From the IMG/VR virus record IMGVR_UViG_3300020044_005136, positions 1-61,383 of that record: a DNA stretch of 61,383 nt; one strand, written 5' to 3'. The DNA is from a virus. Taxonomy: Duplodnaviria; Caudoviricetes. This document shows, one piece after another, positions 7,648 through 15,711 of this stretch; the stretch's first letter is position 1, and each line of letters begins with the position of its first letter. The position numbers and the translations under genes were made by a program. A model generated the notes under the pieces. The model did not search any database. It was not told the DNA's origin and saw only the letters and a list, made by a program, of their open reading frames with translations.

Positions 7648-8547
7648 GTGAAACTGACCAATAACCACAATATACCTGCCACTTTTGTGAACGTCATAAA
7701 GCGTCCACAGTACTCACGCGGCGATGCAAACATCAGTGTTACAGAATTACTCTCATCCCCCCGTATTGTCCAGCTGCGCGCCAAGCATGAGGCTGAGACT
7801 GAACAGGATGTATCAGAGATGATCTGGTCGTTGTTCGGCTCCGCTGTGCATAACATTCTAGAGCACGGCAAGGATGAGCATCATATCGTAGAAGAGCGTT
7901 TGTTTACACAGTTTGAAGGATGGCGTCTGTCTGGCGCGATTGATCTTCAAGAGATCTATACAGATGGCGTAGTTATTTCAGACTACAAAGTCACCGGCGC
8001 ATGGTCAGTGATGCAGGAAAAAGATGATTGGGTTACCCAGCTAAACATCTATGCATGGCTCGTCGAGAAGTGCAAAAACGTGAAAGTAAAGAAGATCCAG
8101 ATCGTAGGCATTGTCCGTGATTGGCAAGCCCGTGACGCTGCGACTAGAGAAGGATACCCATCTTCCCCTGTCGCTGTATTAGAGATGCCCCTGTGGCCGT
8201 TTGAGGAGCGTGAAGCCTATATTAAAACCCGTATCCACCTACACAACGACGCGTACTTTGCTAGCAAAACAGGTTTGGAGTTTGCTGAATGTACGCCTGC
8301 TGAAATGTGGGAGAAACCTACTATTTATGCCGTGAGAAAGATTGGCGGCGTCCGTGCCAAAGCTTTATACGGCAACAAAGAAGAAGCACAAGAGGCTCTG
8401 GCTGCCTTGAATATTAAAAAGCCAGACTACGAAATAGAAGTACGTGACGGGGAGAGAACCCGTTGCGCACGCTACTGCCAGGTTAGTAAATTCTGTACGC
8501 AGAATCAAGAGTACTTAAAAACACATTCAATTGAGGAGCAACTGTGA
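7648..8547 (+). CDS. PD-(D/E)XK (RecB/Cas4-like) exonuclease
   Basis: GSAVH, SGAID, DYK and QLNIY motifs; C-terminal RCxxYCxxxxFC. Confidence 0.85.
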   Translation: MKLTNNHNIPATFVNVIKRPQYSRGDANISVTELLSSPRIVQLRAKHEAETEQDVSEMIWSLFGSAVHNILEHGKDEHHIVEERLFTQFEGWRLSGAIDLQEIYTDGVVISDYKVTGAWSVMQEKDDWVTQLNIYAWLVEKCKNVKVKKIQIVGIVRDWQARDAATREGYPSSPVAVLEMPLWPFEEREAYIKTRIHLHNDAYFASKTGLEFAECTPAEMWEKPTIYAVRKIGGVRAKALYGNKEEAQEALAALNIKKPDYEIEVRDGERTRCARYCQVSKFCTQNQEYLKTHSIEEQL

Positions 8548-9290
8548 AACAGATAGCATCAGCTTTAGTTAAAGCACAAAAGGCATTTGGCCCGGCGCTG
8601 AAGTCTAGTACCAATCCACACTTCCGTAATAAATACGCTGACCTATCCGCGTGCGTTGAAGCCGTTATTGATGGCCTTAACAACAACGGTATTTTCTTAA
8701 TGCAGCTGACGGATGAGCATCCTGATGGCATCAAGATTCAGACCGTATTCATCCACGAATCTGGTGAGCAAATGTCTTCTGGTTGGCTGTTTGTGCCGGC
8801 ATCCAAGGCAGACCCACAGGGTTTTGGTAGCGCACTGACCTACGCTCGCCGTTATAGCCTGATGGCAGCCTGTGGTATCGCTCCAGAAGACGACGACGGC
8901 AATTCAGGCAGCAAGCCTGTACCGGCCAAGCCAGCAGCACCAGTACCCGTACCAAAAGTGGTACAGCCACCTGTAGTAGAAGCACCTGTAGCACCACCAG
9001 TAGTAGAGGAAAAGAAAGCAGAAGCATTATCACCTAAGCTTGAAGGTAAGGAAGGTGAATGGCAGTTGAAGGTATCAGCGCAGCCAGACACAGATCTTAA
9101 GTCATGGATACAAGTTATCTTTGATGCGACTAAATTTGTGCTTAGTACAGCTTCAAATGTGAACGACGTAATGTCTATTTTTAGAAGTAACCGTATTGTA
9201 TTTGACCGGTTGCAGATTGAAAGTAAAGAATCTTACGATGAATTGATGGGCATTTTTAAACAATACAGGGAGAAACTCAATGTCAAATAA
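8544..9290 (+). CDS. erf: ERF-family single-strand annealing recombinase
   Basis: NPHFRNKYADL, HESGE and GSALTYARRYSL...DDDG signatures. Confidence 0.93.
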   Translation: MKQIASALVKAQKAFGPALKSSTNPHFRNKYADLSACVEAVIDGLNNNGIFLMQLTDEHPDGIKIQTVFIHESGEQMSSGWLFVPASKADPQGFGSALTYARRYSLMAACGIAPEDDDGNSGSKPVPAKPAAPVPVPKVVQPPVVEAPVAPPVVEEKKAEALSPKLEGKEGEWQLKVSAQPDTDLKSWIQVIFDATKFVLSTASNVNDVMSIFRSNRIVFDRLQIESKESYDELMGIFKQYREKLNVK

Positions 9291-9561
9291 GTATCCAAAT
9301 AGCGGCGCACTCTTTGATGCAAACAATCGCGTGCATCCCAGTTCGCCAGATAAAAATGGTGATATCTCTATCGACAAAAGCTTGCTGCAAGACATGATGG
9401 CAGAAACGCCGGAAGACTTTGTGAAAATTAGGCTTAGTGGCTGGATGCGTCAAAGCGCCAGAGGTGAGTTCATCTCTTTGAAGGTGAACACATATAAGCC
9501 TGTTGCCGCAGCACCAGCCGTTCAAGCTTCTATCGTTGATGATTCGGACGTACCGTTCTAA
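9280..9561 (+). CDS. Small SSB-like protein
   Basis: Follows ERF; acidic DDSDVPF tail typical of SSBs. Confidence 0.65.
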   Translation: MSNKYPNSGALFDANNRVHPSSPDKNGDISIDKSLLQDMMAETPEDFVKIRLSGWMRQSARGEFISLKVNTYKPVAAAPAVQASIVDDSDVPF

Positions 9562-9563
9562 AC

Positions 9564-9992
9564 ATGAACTACAAGACCAGTAACTTTGAAGCAGTTAAGG
9601 TCGCGTTGAAACAGGATCGGACGGGGTATGTACTTACCCTGTCCATTCACCCTGATGAAGTTCCTGATGAAATCTTAAGGGACTTTGTTGGGGCCAGGTA
9701 TCAAGCGGTATTAGTTCGGCTAACAGAAGATGAAAAGCCGATGGATCGTGAGGCCGAGTTATCTCGTGACATGGTTCGTGCCGCAGGAATCCTATGCAGA
9801 GATCCTGAGTTTCATCGTTTCTTATTAGAAGCCGGACAAGTATTTGAAGGATCAGAAGAAAGCTCAATTGATTGGCTTAAGTCAGAGTTAGGCGTTGAAT
9901 CAAGATCAGATATACCTAAAAGCCAGATCGCAATTAATAAACTTATTTCAATACGACAGGAGTTCACAGCATGGAAACAGGTAAACGTCTAA
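9564..9992 (+). CDS. Conserved phage hypothetical protein
   Basis: 142-aa ORF within the operon. Confidence 0.8.
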   Translation: MNYKTSNFEAVKVALKQDRTGYVLTLSIHPDEVPDEILRDFVGARYQAVLVRLTEDEKPMDREAELSRDMVRAAGILCRDPEFHRFLLEAGQVFEGSEESSIDWLKSELGVESRSDIPKSQIAINKLISIRQEFTAWKQVNV

Positions 9993-10261
9993 TCCCCTAC
10001 TCAGTTCATTTAACTGAGAGCGTATACACAGCATTGAAGTCAGCCGCTAAAGAACGTAAAGCATCAGCCTTAGTCCGTGATGCAATCACTATGATCATTG
10101 AGGGCGACACTGCTTATAACAGTGGTTACAACAAAGGTGTACGCGACTGTATAAACATTATTAACTTAGAGCCCGTAGCTTCTGCGATTGCATTTAATAA
10201 CGTAACCATCGCAGATACATTGGTTAACCAGTTATCTGATTTAACCACGGCAACAAAATGA
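9971..10261 (+). CDS. Hypothetical protein, possible ribbon-helix-helix N-terminus
   Basis: YSVHL..VYTALK...ASALVRDAI pattern; AGGAG RBS. Confidence 0.65.
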   Translation: METGKRLIPYSVHLTESVYTALKSAAKERKASALVRDAITMIIEGDTAYNSGYNKGVRDCINIINLEPVASAIAFNNVTIADTLVNQLSDLTTATK

Positions 10262-10458
10262 GAGACATCGTTTATATCATAGGAATATTCGTAGCTGGCT
10301 CACTTGGATTTTTTGTGGGTAAGACTGAAGGCATTAATCAAACGGTTCTTGCCATACCAAAACCAGTTGAAGTTAATTTAGAGAAACAGTGCGTCGCCTG
10401 GTTCTTTAATGCGGATCTTAAGGAAGCCAAAAAACATATATGCGGAGGAAAGAAATGA
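10258..10458 (+). CDS. Small membrane-anchored hypothetical protein
   Basis: N-terminal hydrophobic helix; ATGA overlaps. Confidence 0.7.
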   Translation: MRDIVYIIGIFVAGSLGFFVGKTEGINQTVLAIPKPVEVNLEKQCVAWFFNADLKEAKKHICGGKK

Positions 10459-10697
10459 ACTTTGGAGCAAACATTCAACCTGAAGTAAGGGCGTTCCCTG
10501 TATCAGATGAATATGGAACTTCGTACGGCATGACGCTGCGTGATTACTTTGCGGCAAAAGCCATGCAGGCAATGATATCTAACCCAGCCTGGTTTGGATC
10601 ACGCCGGTGGGATACGCAAGAAGAGATGGCAGAAGACTATGCGAACGAAGCATATTTATTTGCAACAGAAATGTTGTTTACCAGAGGAGATAGATAA
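10455..10697 (+). CDS. Conserved phage protein (GMTLRDYFAAKAMQ family)
   Basis: AFP...GMTLRDYFAAKAMQ motif; GGAGG RBS. Confidence 0.75.
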   Translation: MNFGANIQPEVRAFPVSDEYGTSYGMTLRDYFAAKAMQAMISNPAWFGSRRWDTQEEMAEDYANEAYLFATEMLFTRGDR

Positions 10698-10967
10698 ATG
10701 ATTATTCAAGCGCCAGAAATGAGAGAAGTTAAAAAGAAGACAGTTCAAATGGATCGTTGTACATATAGACCGCATAAGCTATTTGATTTTTTAATCTTAG
10801 AGTGCGGGTTTGAAACTGATTTCCACATTGCAAAGAAATTAAAAACAGCGCCGTCATCTATTAGCAGAATCAGGCATGGAAGATTTAAAGTTGGCCCGAC
10901 TATGATCCTAGCTATTTATGATGAAACTGATTTAACAATTGAAGACATAAGAGAACTTTTAAAATGA
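10698..10967 (+). CDS. XRE-like HTH protein
   Basis: DFHIAKKLKTAPSSISRIRHG helix-turn-helix pattern. Confidence 0.65.
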   Translation: MIIQAPEMREVKKKTVQMDRCTYRPHKLFDFLILECGFETDFHIAKKLKTAPSSISRIRHGRFKVGPTMILAIYDETDLTIEDIRELLK

Positions 10968-11188
10968 GAGCCGAACCTACTCGTGAATGGCAGGCTACGG
11001 TTGACCACACTAGAAGCGAAGCAATGCGAACTATTAGGGATATCCGTAGTGGCGTTGTTAACGAAGAGGATATAGATAAGATGCAAAACTTTATTCTATT
11101 CGCCTTAGCTTTAATGTTAATGGAAGGAGATAAAAAATGGGCAAGGGCGAAATTAAACGCGGAAATTATGAGCTTTCTTACAAAATAG
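10964..11188 (+). CDS. Hypothetical protein
   Basis: ORF with ATGA overlap. Confidence 0.65.
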   Translation: MRAEPTREWQATVDHTRSEAMRTIRDIRSGVVNEEDIDKMQNFILFALALMLMEGDKKWARAKLNAEIMSFLTK

Positions 11189-11400
11189 GCTTAAGTAAAG
11201 AACAGCTAGCGTTACTTAATTTATGTTCAATATGTAAGCTGCCAAGAGGATCTGGTCCAGGATATGTTACTCATGGCAAGTGTGCGGAACAACTAGCTGC
11301 ACTAGAAAACAAAAGTGATACATCTAAAAAAAGACATGCAAGCAAAGCAGTTTCTACAAAATATAAAAAAGGGAAATTACCACCTTGGATGTACGATTAA
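11137..11400 (+). CDS. Basic Cys/His-containing hypothetical protein
   Basis: AAGGAG RBS; CxxC..HxxC. Confidence 0.55.
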   Translation: MGKGEIKRGNYELSYKIGLSKEQLALLNLCSICKLPRGSGPGYVTHGKCAEQLAALENKSDTSKKRHASKAVSTKYKKGKLPPWMYD

Positions 11401-11413
11401 CTAAGGAAAAATC

Positions 11414-11623
11414 ATGCAAAACGAAATAAAAAAATTTGCTGAACAAGTGTACGGTAGAGAAGCAACAGAACAAGATTTAGCTTTCGCCAAGCTAGTGTAT
11501 GAAGCAGAGCGTCTGGCCTGTGCTAATTGTTGCGAGTATGAAGTTGAGCATGGATATAGCAATGCTGAACAAATAGGCGCTGCAAATTGTGGATTAGCAA
11601 TTTACGGAAGAGGGCAAGAATGA
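11414..11623 (+). CDS. Hypothetical protein (ERxxCA family)
   Basis: AAGGA RBS; ERLACA and RGQ C-terminus shared with neighbours. Confidence 0.7.
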   Translation: MQNEIKKFAEQVYGREATEQDLAFAKLVYEAERLACANCCEYEVEHGYSNAEQIGAANCGLAIYGRGQE

Positions 11624-11898
11624 AAAAACTACTACTAAGTTTAATTCTGTCTTACGGAACAGTTAACGCAGCAGAGTATTGGGTAATGCCTACAGAAGCA
11701 GGCGGCGAAGTTGTTCTAACAAGTACGAGATCAGAAATATGCGGGGATGCGTTGCTTGTAATGTATCTAGTTAAGTCCAATCAAGAAGTTGTGTATGGCT
11801 GCTGGGCTTTGATGGATGACAGGATACATGTGCGATTTGATAACGGGATGCGTAGAGCATATGACTTATCGAACTGGACAAAAAAGGGTAAGCCATGA
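11620..11898 (+). CDS. Secreted/periplasmic hypothetical protein
   Basis: Signal-peptide-like MKKLLLSLILSYGTVNA; GCW motif. Confidence 0.7.
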   Translation: MKKLLLSLILSYGTVNAAEYWVMPTEAGGEVVLTSTRSEICGDALLVMYLVKSNQEVVYGCWALMDDRIHVRFDNGMRRAYDLSNWTKKGKP

Positions 11899-12158
11899 AT
11901 AGAGATGAAATTATCCGCTTGGCAAAGGAAGCTGAGATCGTGCAACCTGGTTGGAATGCTACTGAGAACCAATGGCGGTCACTGGAGGCGTTTGCAACGT
12001 TAGTGGTAGCAGCAGAGCGCCAGCGCAAGGCATGGGATGCGAGGCATTGGACTGAGTATGAGCATGATGTGGCGGCAGCGGAGCGGGAGTCTTGCGCCAA
12101 GATGTTATCTGAAGAAGGTTGGCTGATGGCTGCGACATTAGTGAGGGTGAAGCAATGA
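11895..12158 (+). CDS. Hypothetical protein (RDEIIRLA...ERExCAK family)
   Basis: Shares N-terminal DNA and ERExCAK with the next gene. Confidence 0.7.
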   Translation: MNRDEIIRLAKEAEIVQPGWNATENQWRSLEAFATLVVAAERQRKAWDARHWTEYEHDVAAAERESCAKMLSEEGWLMAATLVRVKQ

Positions 12159-12412
12159 CACGAGATGACATTATCCGCTTGGCCCTTATGGGAGAGCGAA
12201 GCATGAAGCAACGGATCGAGTGGGCAGTAGACATGGAGCGCGAAGAATGTGCGAAGTTGTGTGAAGTTATTAGTGATGATGAATATTATCTTGGGCGGCA
12301 ATACGCTGACATGCTACGCGCAAGGGGACTAACTAGTTTACAGCGGCAACTGATTGATGCAGATGCGTTGCAGTCTGACCCTACGGGATTGAAAGCAAGG
12401 GGGCAGGTATGA
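12155..12412 (+). CDS. Hypothetical protein (RDDIIRLA...ERExCAK family)
   Basis: As above; ATGA overlaps. Confidence 0.7.
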   Translation: MTRDDIIRLALMGERSMKQRIEWAVDMEREECAKLCEVISDDEYYLGRQYADMLRARGLTSLQRQLIDADALQSDPTGLKARGQV

Positions 12413-12786
12413 CTGACAAAGAAGTAATGCAGATGGCGTTGGATGCGTTGCAGGGAAATTGGCGAACCGATGAAAGCGATAAAGCAATCGAAGCACTACG
12501 CGCAGCACTAGCGCAGCCTGAACCGAAGCCGGTGGCGTGGATGTTGACAGAACTTGATGGCACTCCATTGATTGATTGTGGCGATTTGGTTGTTAAGCAG
12601 CGCCCAGTTTTAGTAAGCGACAAAACGGACTGCATACCACTCTACACCGCCCCATCACAGCGCGAATGGCAGGGGTTGACGGATGAGGAGATACGCAACG
12701 AAGCCAACCATCATGTATTTGATGAGTCGTTTTTTAATGGCGCAGTATGGGCAAGAGGAAAAATAAAGGAGAAGAACAATGGCTAA
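12409..12786 (+). CDS. Modular protein A-B-C-D'
   Basis: MTDKEVMQMALD / ALRAALAQPEP / REWQGLTDEE / KIKEKNN. Confidence 0.8.
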   Translation: MTDKEVMQMALDALQGNWRTDESDKAIEALRAALAQPEPKPVAWMLTELDGTPLIDCGDLVVKQRPVLVSDKTDCIPLYTAPSQREWQGLTDEEIRNEANHHVFDESFFNGAVWARGKIKEKNNG

Positions 12787-12976
12787 GTTACCGTACACAA
12801 TCACCATTTGCCCAGATGAACCGAATCCTAAACAGTTCACGGCTTTGACCCCAGCAATTGTTCGAGCTTTGCGCTATACAAACGACTTGACGATAGACCA
12901 GAGGCAACACGTTTACCCGTCAGCACCGCAAGGAATTACAAGCATCAATACGCATAAGGAAAAGAATAGTGAATAA
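12779..12976 (+). CDS. Hypothetical cargo protein in the array
   Basis: Starts at the D-linker RBS; ends HKEKNSE. Confidence 0.7.
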   Translation: MAKLPYTITICPDEPNPKQFTALTPAIVRALRYTNDLTIDQRQHVYPSAPQGITSINTHKEKNSE

Positions 12977-13214
12977 GCCAACAGGTTCTTATAGTTCGTG
13001 GGAAAACACGATGTGCAATTCACTTGCGCCGGTAGGAGAGAAAACGAGATTAGCGTGGCACGATGGATACGCTAGTGCTAAAACCGAATGGCATGGGCTG
13101 ACGGATGAGGAGATGATGCAGAGTTACGTAGCGTTAAAAAGCGTAGCGGGGTTTTATTCGTTAGAAAAATATGCGCGTGATATCGAAGCCAAGCTAAAGG
13201 AGAAGAACACATGA
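12969..13214 (+). CDS. Modular protein x-C-D
   Basis: EWHGLTDEE ... IEAKLKEKNT; GTG start. Confidence 0.75.
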   Translation: MNKPTGSYSSWENTMCNSLAPVGEKTRLAWHDGYASAKTEWHGLTDEEMMQSYVALKSVAGFYSLEKYARDIEAKLKEKNT

Positions 13215-13705
13215 ACAAAATTCGCATCAAACAATATGAGCAAACAGCTGACGAGAAAGTATCTTTTAATGGTATTAAATGGCTACGTAAGTGGGATGTC
13301 AGTGTTCAATGTGATAGCGCAGAAGAAGCAGAAGCACTACGCGCCAGACTAGCGCAGCCAGAGCCAGCAGAATGTGATGGAGGCCAATGCGGGATCGGGG
13401 GGTATTGTAAAGAGTGTCCAAAGCCGCAGCAGTCGTGGTGCAAAGCAATGAACGGCTGTGACAGTAAATGCGAGGATTGTCCAGATAAGCCAAAACCGGA
13501 TTACGAAGCCGAGTTTATAAAAGATTGGAACGAAGGCAAAGTGCGGCGCGTGTTTGACGGTAAGCGAATGGTTCCAGAACGCGAATGGGTTGGGCTAACG
13601 CGTGAAGAACTTGCAGAGATAGCAGAGTTTCATTTTCACGGCGCGTTATCTGCAAGAGAATTTTATGACGACATCGAAGCCAAGCTAAAGGAGAAGAACA
13701 CATGA
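13211..13705 (+). CDS. Modular protein x-B-(Cys-rich)-C-D
   Basis: ALRARLAQPEP, CDGGQCGIGGYC, REWVGLT, IEAKLKEKNT. Confidence 0.8.
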   Translation: MNKIRIKQYEQTADEKVSFNGIKWLRKWDVSVQCDSAEEAEALRARLAQPEPAECDGGQCGIGGYCKECPKPQQSWCKAMNGCDSKCEDCPDKPKPDYEAEFIKDWNEGKVRRVFDGKRMVPEREWVGLTREELAEIAEFHFHGALSAREFYDDIEAKLKEKNT

Positions 13706-13863
13706 CAATGCACACTTACCCGCTAAACGATTTGCGCGAACATGAAACTGATAAAGGTGCATTTTGCTGGTGCAGACCGGAGTACGACGAGGAGTATGAC
13801 TTGTACGTACATAGAAGCATGGATGGGCGCGAAGAATACGAAGAAGGAAGGAAGCCGACATGA
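13702..13863 (+). CDS. Small His/Cys protein (53 aa; PLNDLREH..CWC..H family), paralogue of 14919-15119
   Basis: Read manually; ATGA overlaps at both ends; too short for the ORF track. Confidence 0.75.
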   Translation: MTMHTYPLNDLREHETDKGAFCWCRPEYDEEYDLYVHRSMDGREEYEEGRKPT

Positions 13864-14138
13864 GCGATCCAGAAATGACCACGTTTGGTATGTACCCGAA
13901 CTGGGGTGTTGAATACTGCAAATCATATGCCGAGCAACTTAGAGATAAGACACGCGCAAACCGAGCAGAACATGCGGCGGAGTGCATTGAATATCTTTTA
14001 AGTGTGGTTCAGAAAGAATGGGTTGGGCTGACTGATGAGGAAGTTATGTCACTGTTGCCGGGAGCGGTCAGACTACCACCGGGTTGGGTGGACACAGTTC
14101 GAGCCATAGAAGCCAAGCTGAAGGAGAAGAACACATGA
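13860..14138 (+). CDS. Modular protein x-C-D
   Basis: KEWVGLTDEE ... IEAKLKEKNT. Confidence 0.75.
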   Translation: MSDPEMTTFGMYPNWGVEYCKSYAEQLRDKTRANRAEHAAECIEYLLSVVQKEWVGLTDEEVMSLLPGAVRLPPGWVDTVRAIEAKLKEKNT

Positions 14139-14503
14139 CTGACAAAGAAGTAATGCAGATGGCGTTGGATTTGGAAAAACTAGCAGATAGATTTAGTGAA
14201 GGCTGGCATGCTGGGATTCAAATTGACGCATCAGATGTTATGTTGCTTCTTGATTCCGCTGAAGCACTACGCGCAGCACTAGCGCAGCCAGAACCAGAGC
14301 CGGCGGCAGACAAGTACCTGATGGAAGTTGAATGCACAAAGTGTGGAGCAAAGCAGGATGGCATCTTGACCGTCAACGCCCCACAACAACGCAACTGGCA
14401 GAGGCTGACGGAGCAAGACTTTTCGGCTATCAATCAGTCTTGTTCAACCAAACTTCAGGCTGCGACAAGCGCAGAGTCAATACTAAAGGAGAAGAACACA
14501 TGA
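14135..14503 (+). CDS. Modular protein A-B-(CxxC)-C-D
   Basis: All four linkers present; start at the D-linker ATG 14135. Confidence 0.8.
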   Translation: MTDKEVMQMALDLEKLADRFSEGWHAGIQIDASDVMLLLDSAEALRAALAQPEPEPAADKYLMEVECTKCGAKQDGILTVNAPQQRNWQRLTEQDFSAINQSCSTKLQAATSAESILKEKNT

Positions 14504-14922
14504 CCGACAAAGAAGTAATGCAGATGGCGTTGGATATTATGGAGTCTGCAATTAAAGCTGGTGATTGGGTTGTTGACGGTGCTTGTGATCCTGATTTGGT
14601 TTTGAATGCACTACGCGCAGCACTAGCGCAGCCTGAACCGGCAGAATGTGACGGCGGGCAGTGTGGTATTGGCGGATATTGTAAGCAGTGTCCAAAGACG
14701 CAGCCTGAACAGGATTACGAAGCCGAGTTTATAAAAGATTGGAACGAAGGCAAGGTGCGGCGCGTGTCTGACGGCAAAAGAATGGTTCCTGAACGCGAAT
14801 GGCAAGGGCTGACGGATGAGGAATACGAAGCAATGGCAGAGCAGTATGTAACTAACTGCTATTTCGATACATTGGAATACGCAAAAGCCATCGAAGCAAA
14901 GCTAAAGGAGAAGAACACATGA
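14500..14922 (+). CDS. Modular protein A-B-(Cys-rich)-C-D
   Basis: All four linkers; variable segments shared with 13211-13705. Confidence 0.8.
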   Translation: MTDKEVMQMALDIMESAIKAGDWVVDGACDPDLVLNALRAALAQPEPAECDGGQCGIGGYCKQCPKTQPEQDYEAEFIKDWNEGKVRRVSDGKRMVPEREWQGLTDEEYEAMAEQYVTNCYFDTLEYAKAIEAKLKEKNT

Positions 14923-15119
14923 CATGGCAAGTATGGACAAACATAATGCAGAAGAACGGGGCTTCGACTCATGTAGTGCCATTGAATGATCTTCGAGAGC
15001 ATGTGGAAGACGCAACGTGCTGGTGTAACCCGCGAGTTGACGAGGAGTTGAACTTAGTTACGCACAACAGCGCAGACAATAGAGAGGCGTTTGAAACAGG
15101 GGAAAGGAAGCCGACATGA
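14919..15119 (+). CDS. Small His/Cys protein (PLNDLREH..CWC..H family)
   Basis: Paralogue of 13702-13863; same RKPT C-terminal linker. Confidence 0.75.
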   Translation: MTWQVWTNIMQKNGASTHVVPLNDLREHVEDATCWCNPRVDEELNLVTHNSADNREAFETGERKPT

Positions 15120-15526
15120 CTGACCGCGAACTATTGCAGCAGGCGTTGGATGCGTTGCAGGGAAATTGGCGAACCGATGAAAGCGATAAAGCAATCGAAG
15201 CACTACGCGCCAGACTAGCGCAGCCTGAGAACGACTTTAATCCAGATTGGGACGCAATGGCAGTCATGGTTGAAGAGCAGCAGCGCATGGCAAAGCGGAT
15301 TGAGGAACTCGAAGCTCGACTAGCGCAGCCAGAGCAGGAGCCGGTGGGCATTAACAAAGTTATTATAGATTCAATACGTGATTCGTCGGAAATTGTAGCG
15401 CCGCCAAAGCGCGAATGGGTTGGGCTGACTGATGAGGAAGCCAGAGAACTTTGTGTGGCGAATGTACCGTATGTTATAGATATGGTTCGTGCCCTTGAAG
15501 CCAAGCTAAAGGAGAAGAACACATGA
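15116..15526 (+). CDS. Modular protein A'-B-B-C-D
   Basis: Two B linkers; first variable segment identical to that of 12409-12786. Confidence 0.8.
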   Translation: MTDRELLQQALDALQGNWRTDESDKAIEALRARLAQPENDFNPDWDAMAVMVEEQQRMAKRIEELEARLAQPEQEPVGINKVIIDSIRDSSEIVAPPKREWVGLTDEEARELCVANVPYVIDMVRALEAKLKEKNT

Positions 15527-15708
15527 GTAGAGTACATGCAGTGACGGAAGACATTCAATTCACAGCAAAGGTCGCGTCGTTCACACCACTGCCGACTGAC
15601 ATGCTTGTTAAAGAGTTCTGTGCGTGGCTACAGGAGCGCGGCAAGGAACACAACTTTCTTGTTTGGCGCGTCACCATCGAAGGTGCAAGTACGGACTACA
15701 ACCTATGA
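15523..15708 (+). CDS. Hypothetical cargo protein, last gene of the array
   Basis: Starts at the D-linker ATG. Confidence 0.65.
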   Translation: MSRVHAVTEDIQFTAKVASFTPLPTDMLVKEFCAWLQERGKEHNFLVWRVTIEGASTDYNL

Positions 15709-15711
15709 CGG

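Larger units (their letters stand above)
12409..15526 (+). repeat. Array of dispersed in-frame linker repeats A/B/C/D
   Basis: A: 12409, 14135, 14500, (15116). B: 12490, 13331, 14261, 14608, 15197, 15318. C: 12661, 13085, 13580, 14016, 14390, 14794, 15410. D ends at 13214, 13705, 14138, 14503, 14922, 15526, with degenerate copies near 12764 and 12955. Confidence 0.92.

Noticed and set aside
7648-8547. Cas4 implying a CRISPR-related system
   Set aside because: Its context (exonuclease-ERF-SSB) is the standard phage recombination module.
12409-15526. D/C/B repeats as a CRISPR array
   Set aside because: Spacing is irregular (hundreds of bp), the repeats are in-frame coding sequence, and there is no cas operon.
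12409-15526. Diversity-generating retroelement or integron
   Set aside because: No reverse transcriptase or tyrosine integrase is present, differences between copies are not adenine-specific, and there are no attC-like palindromes.
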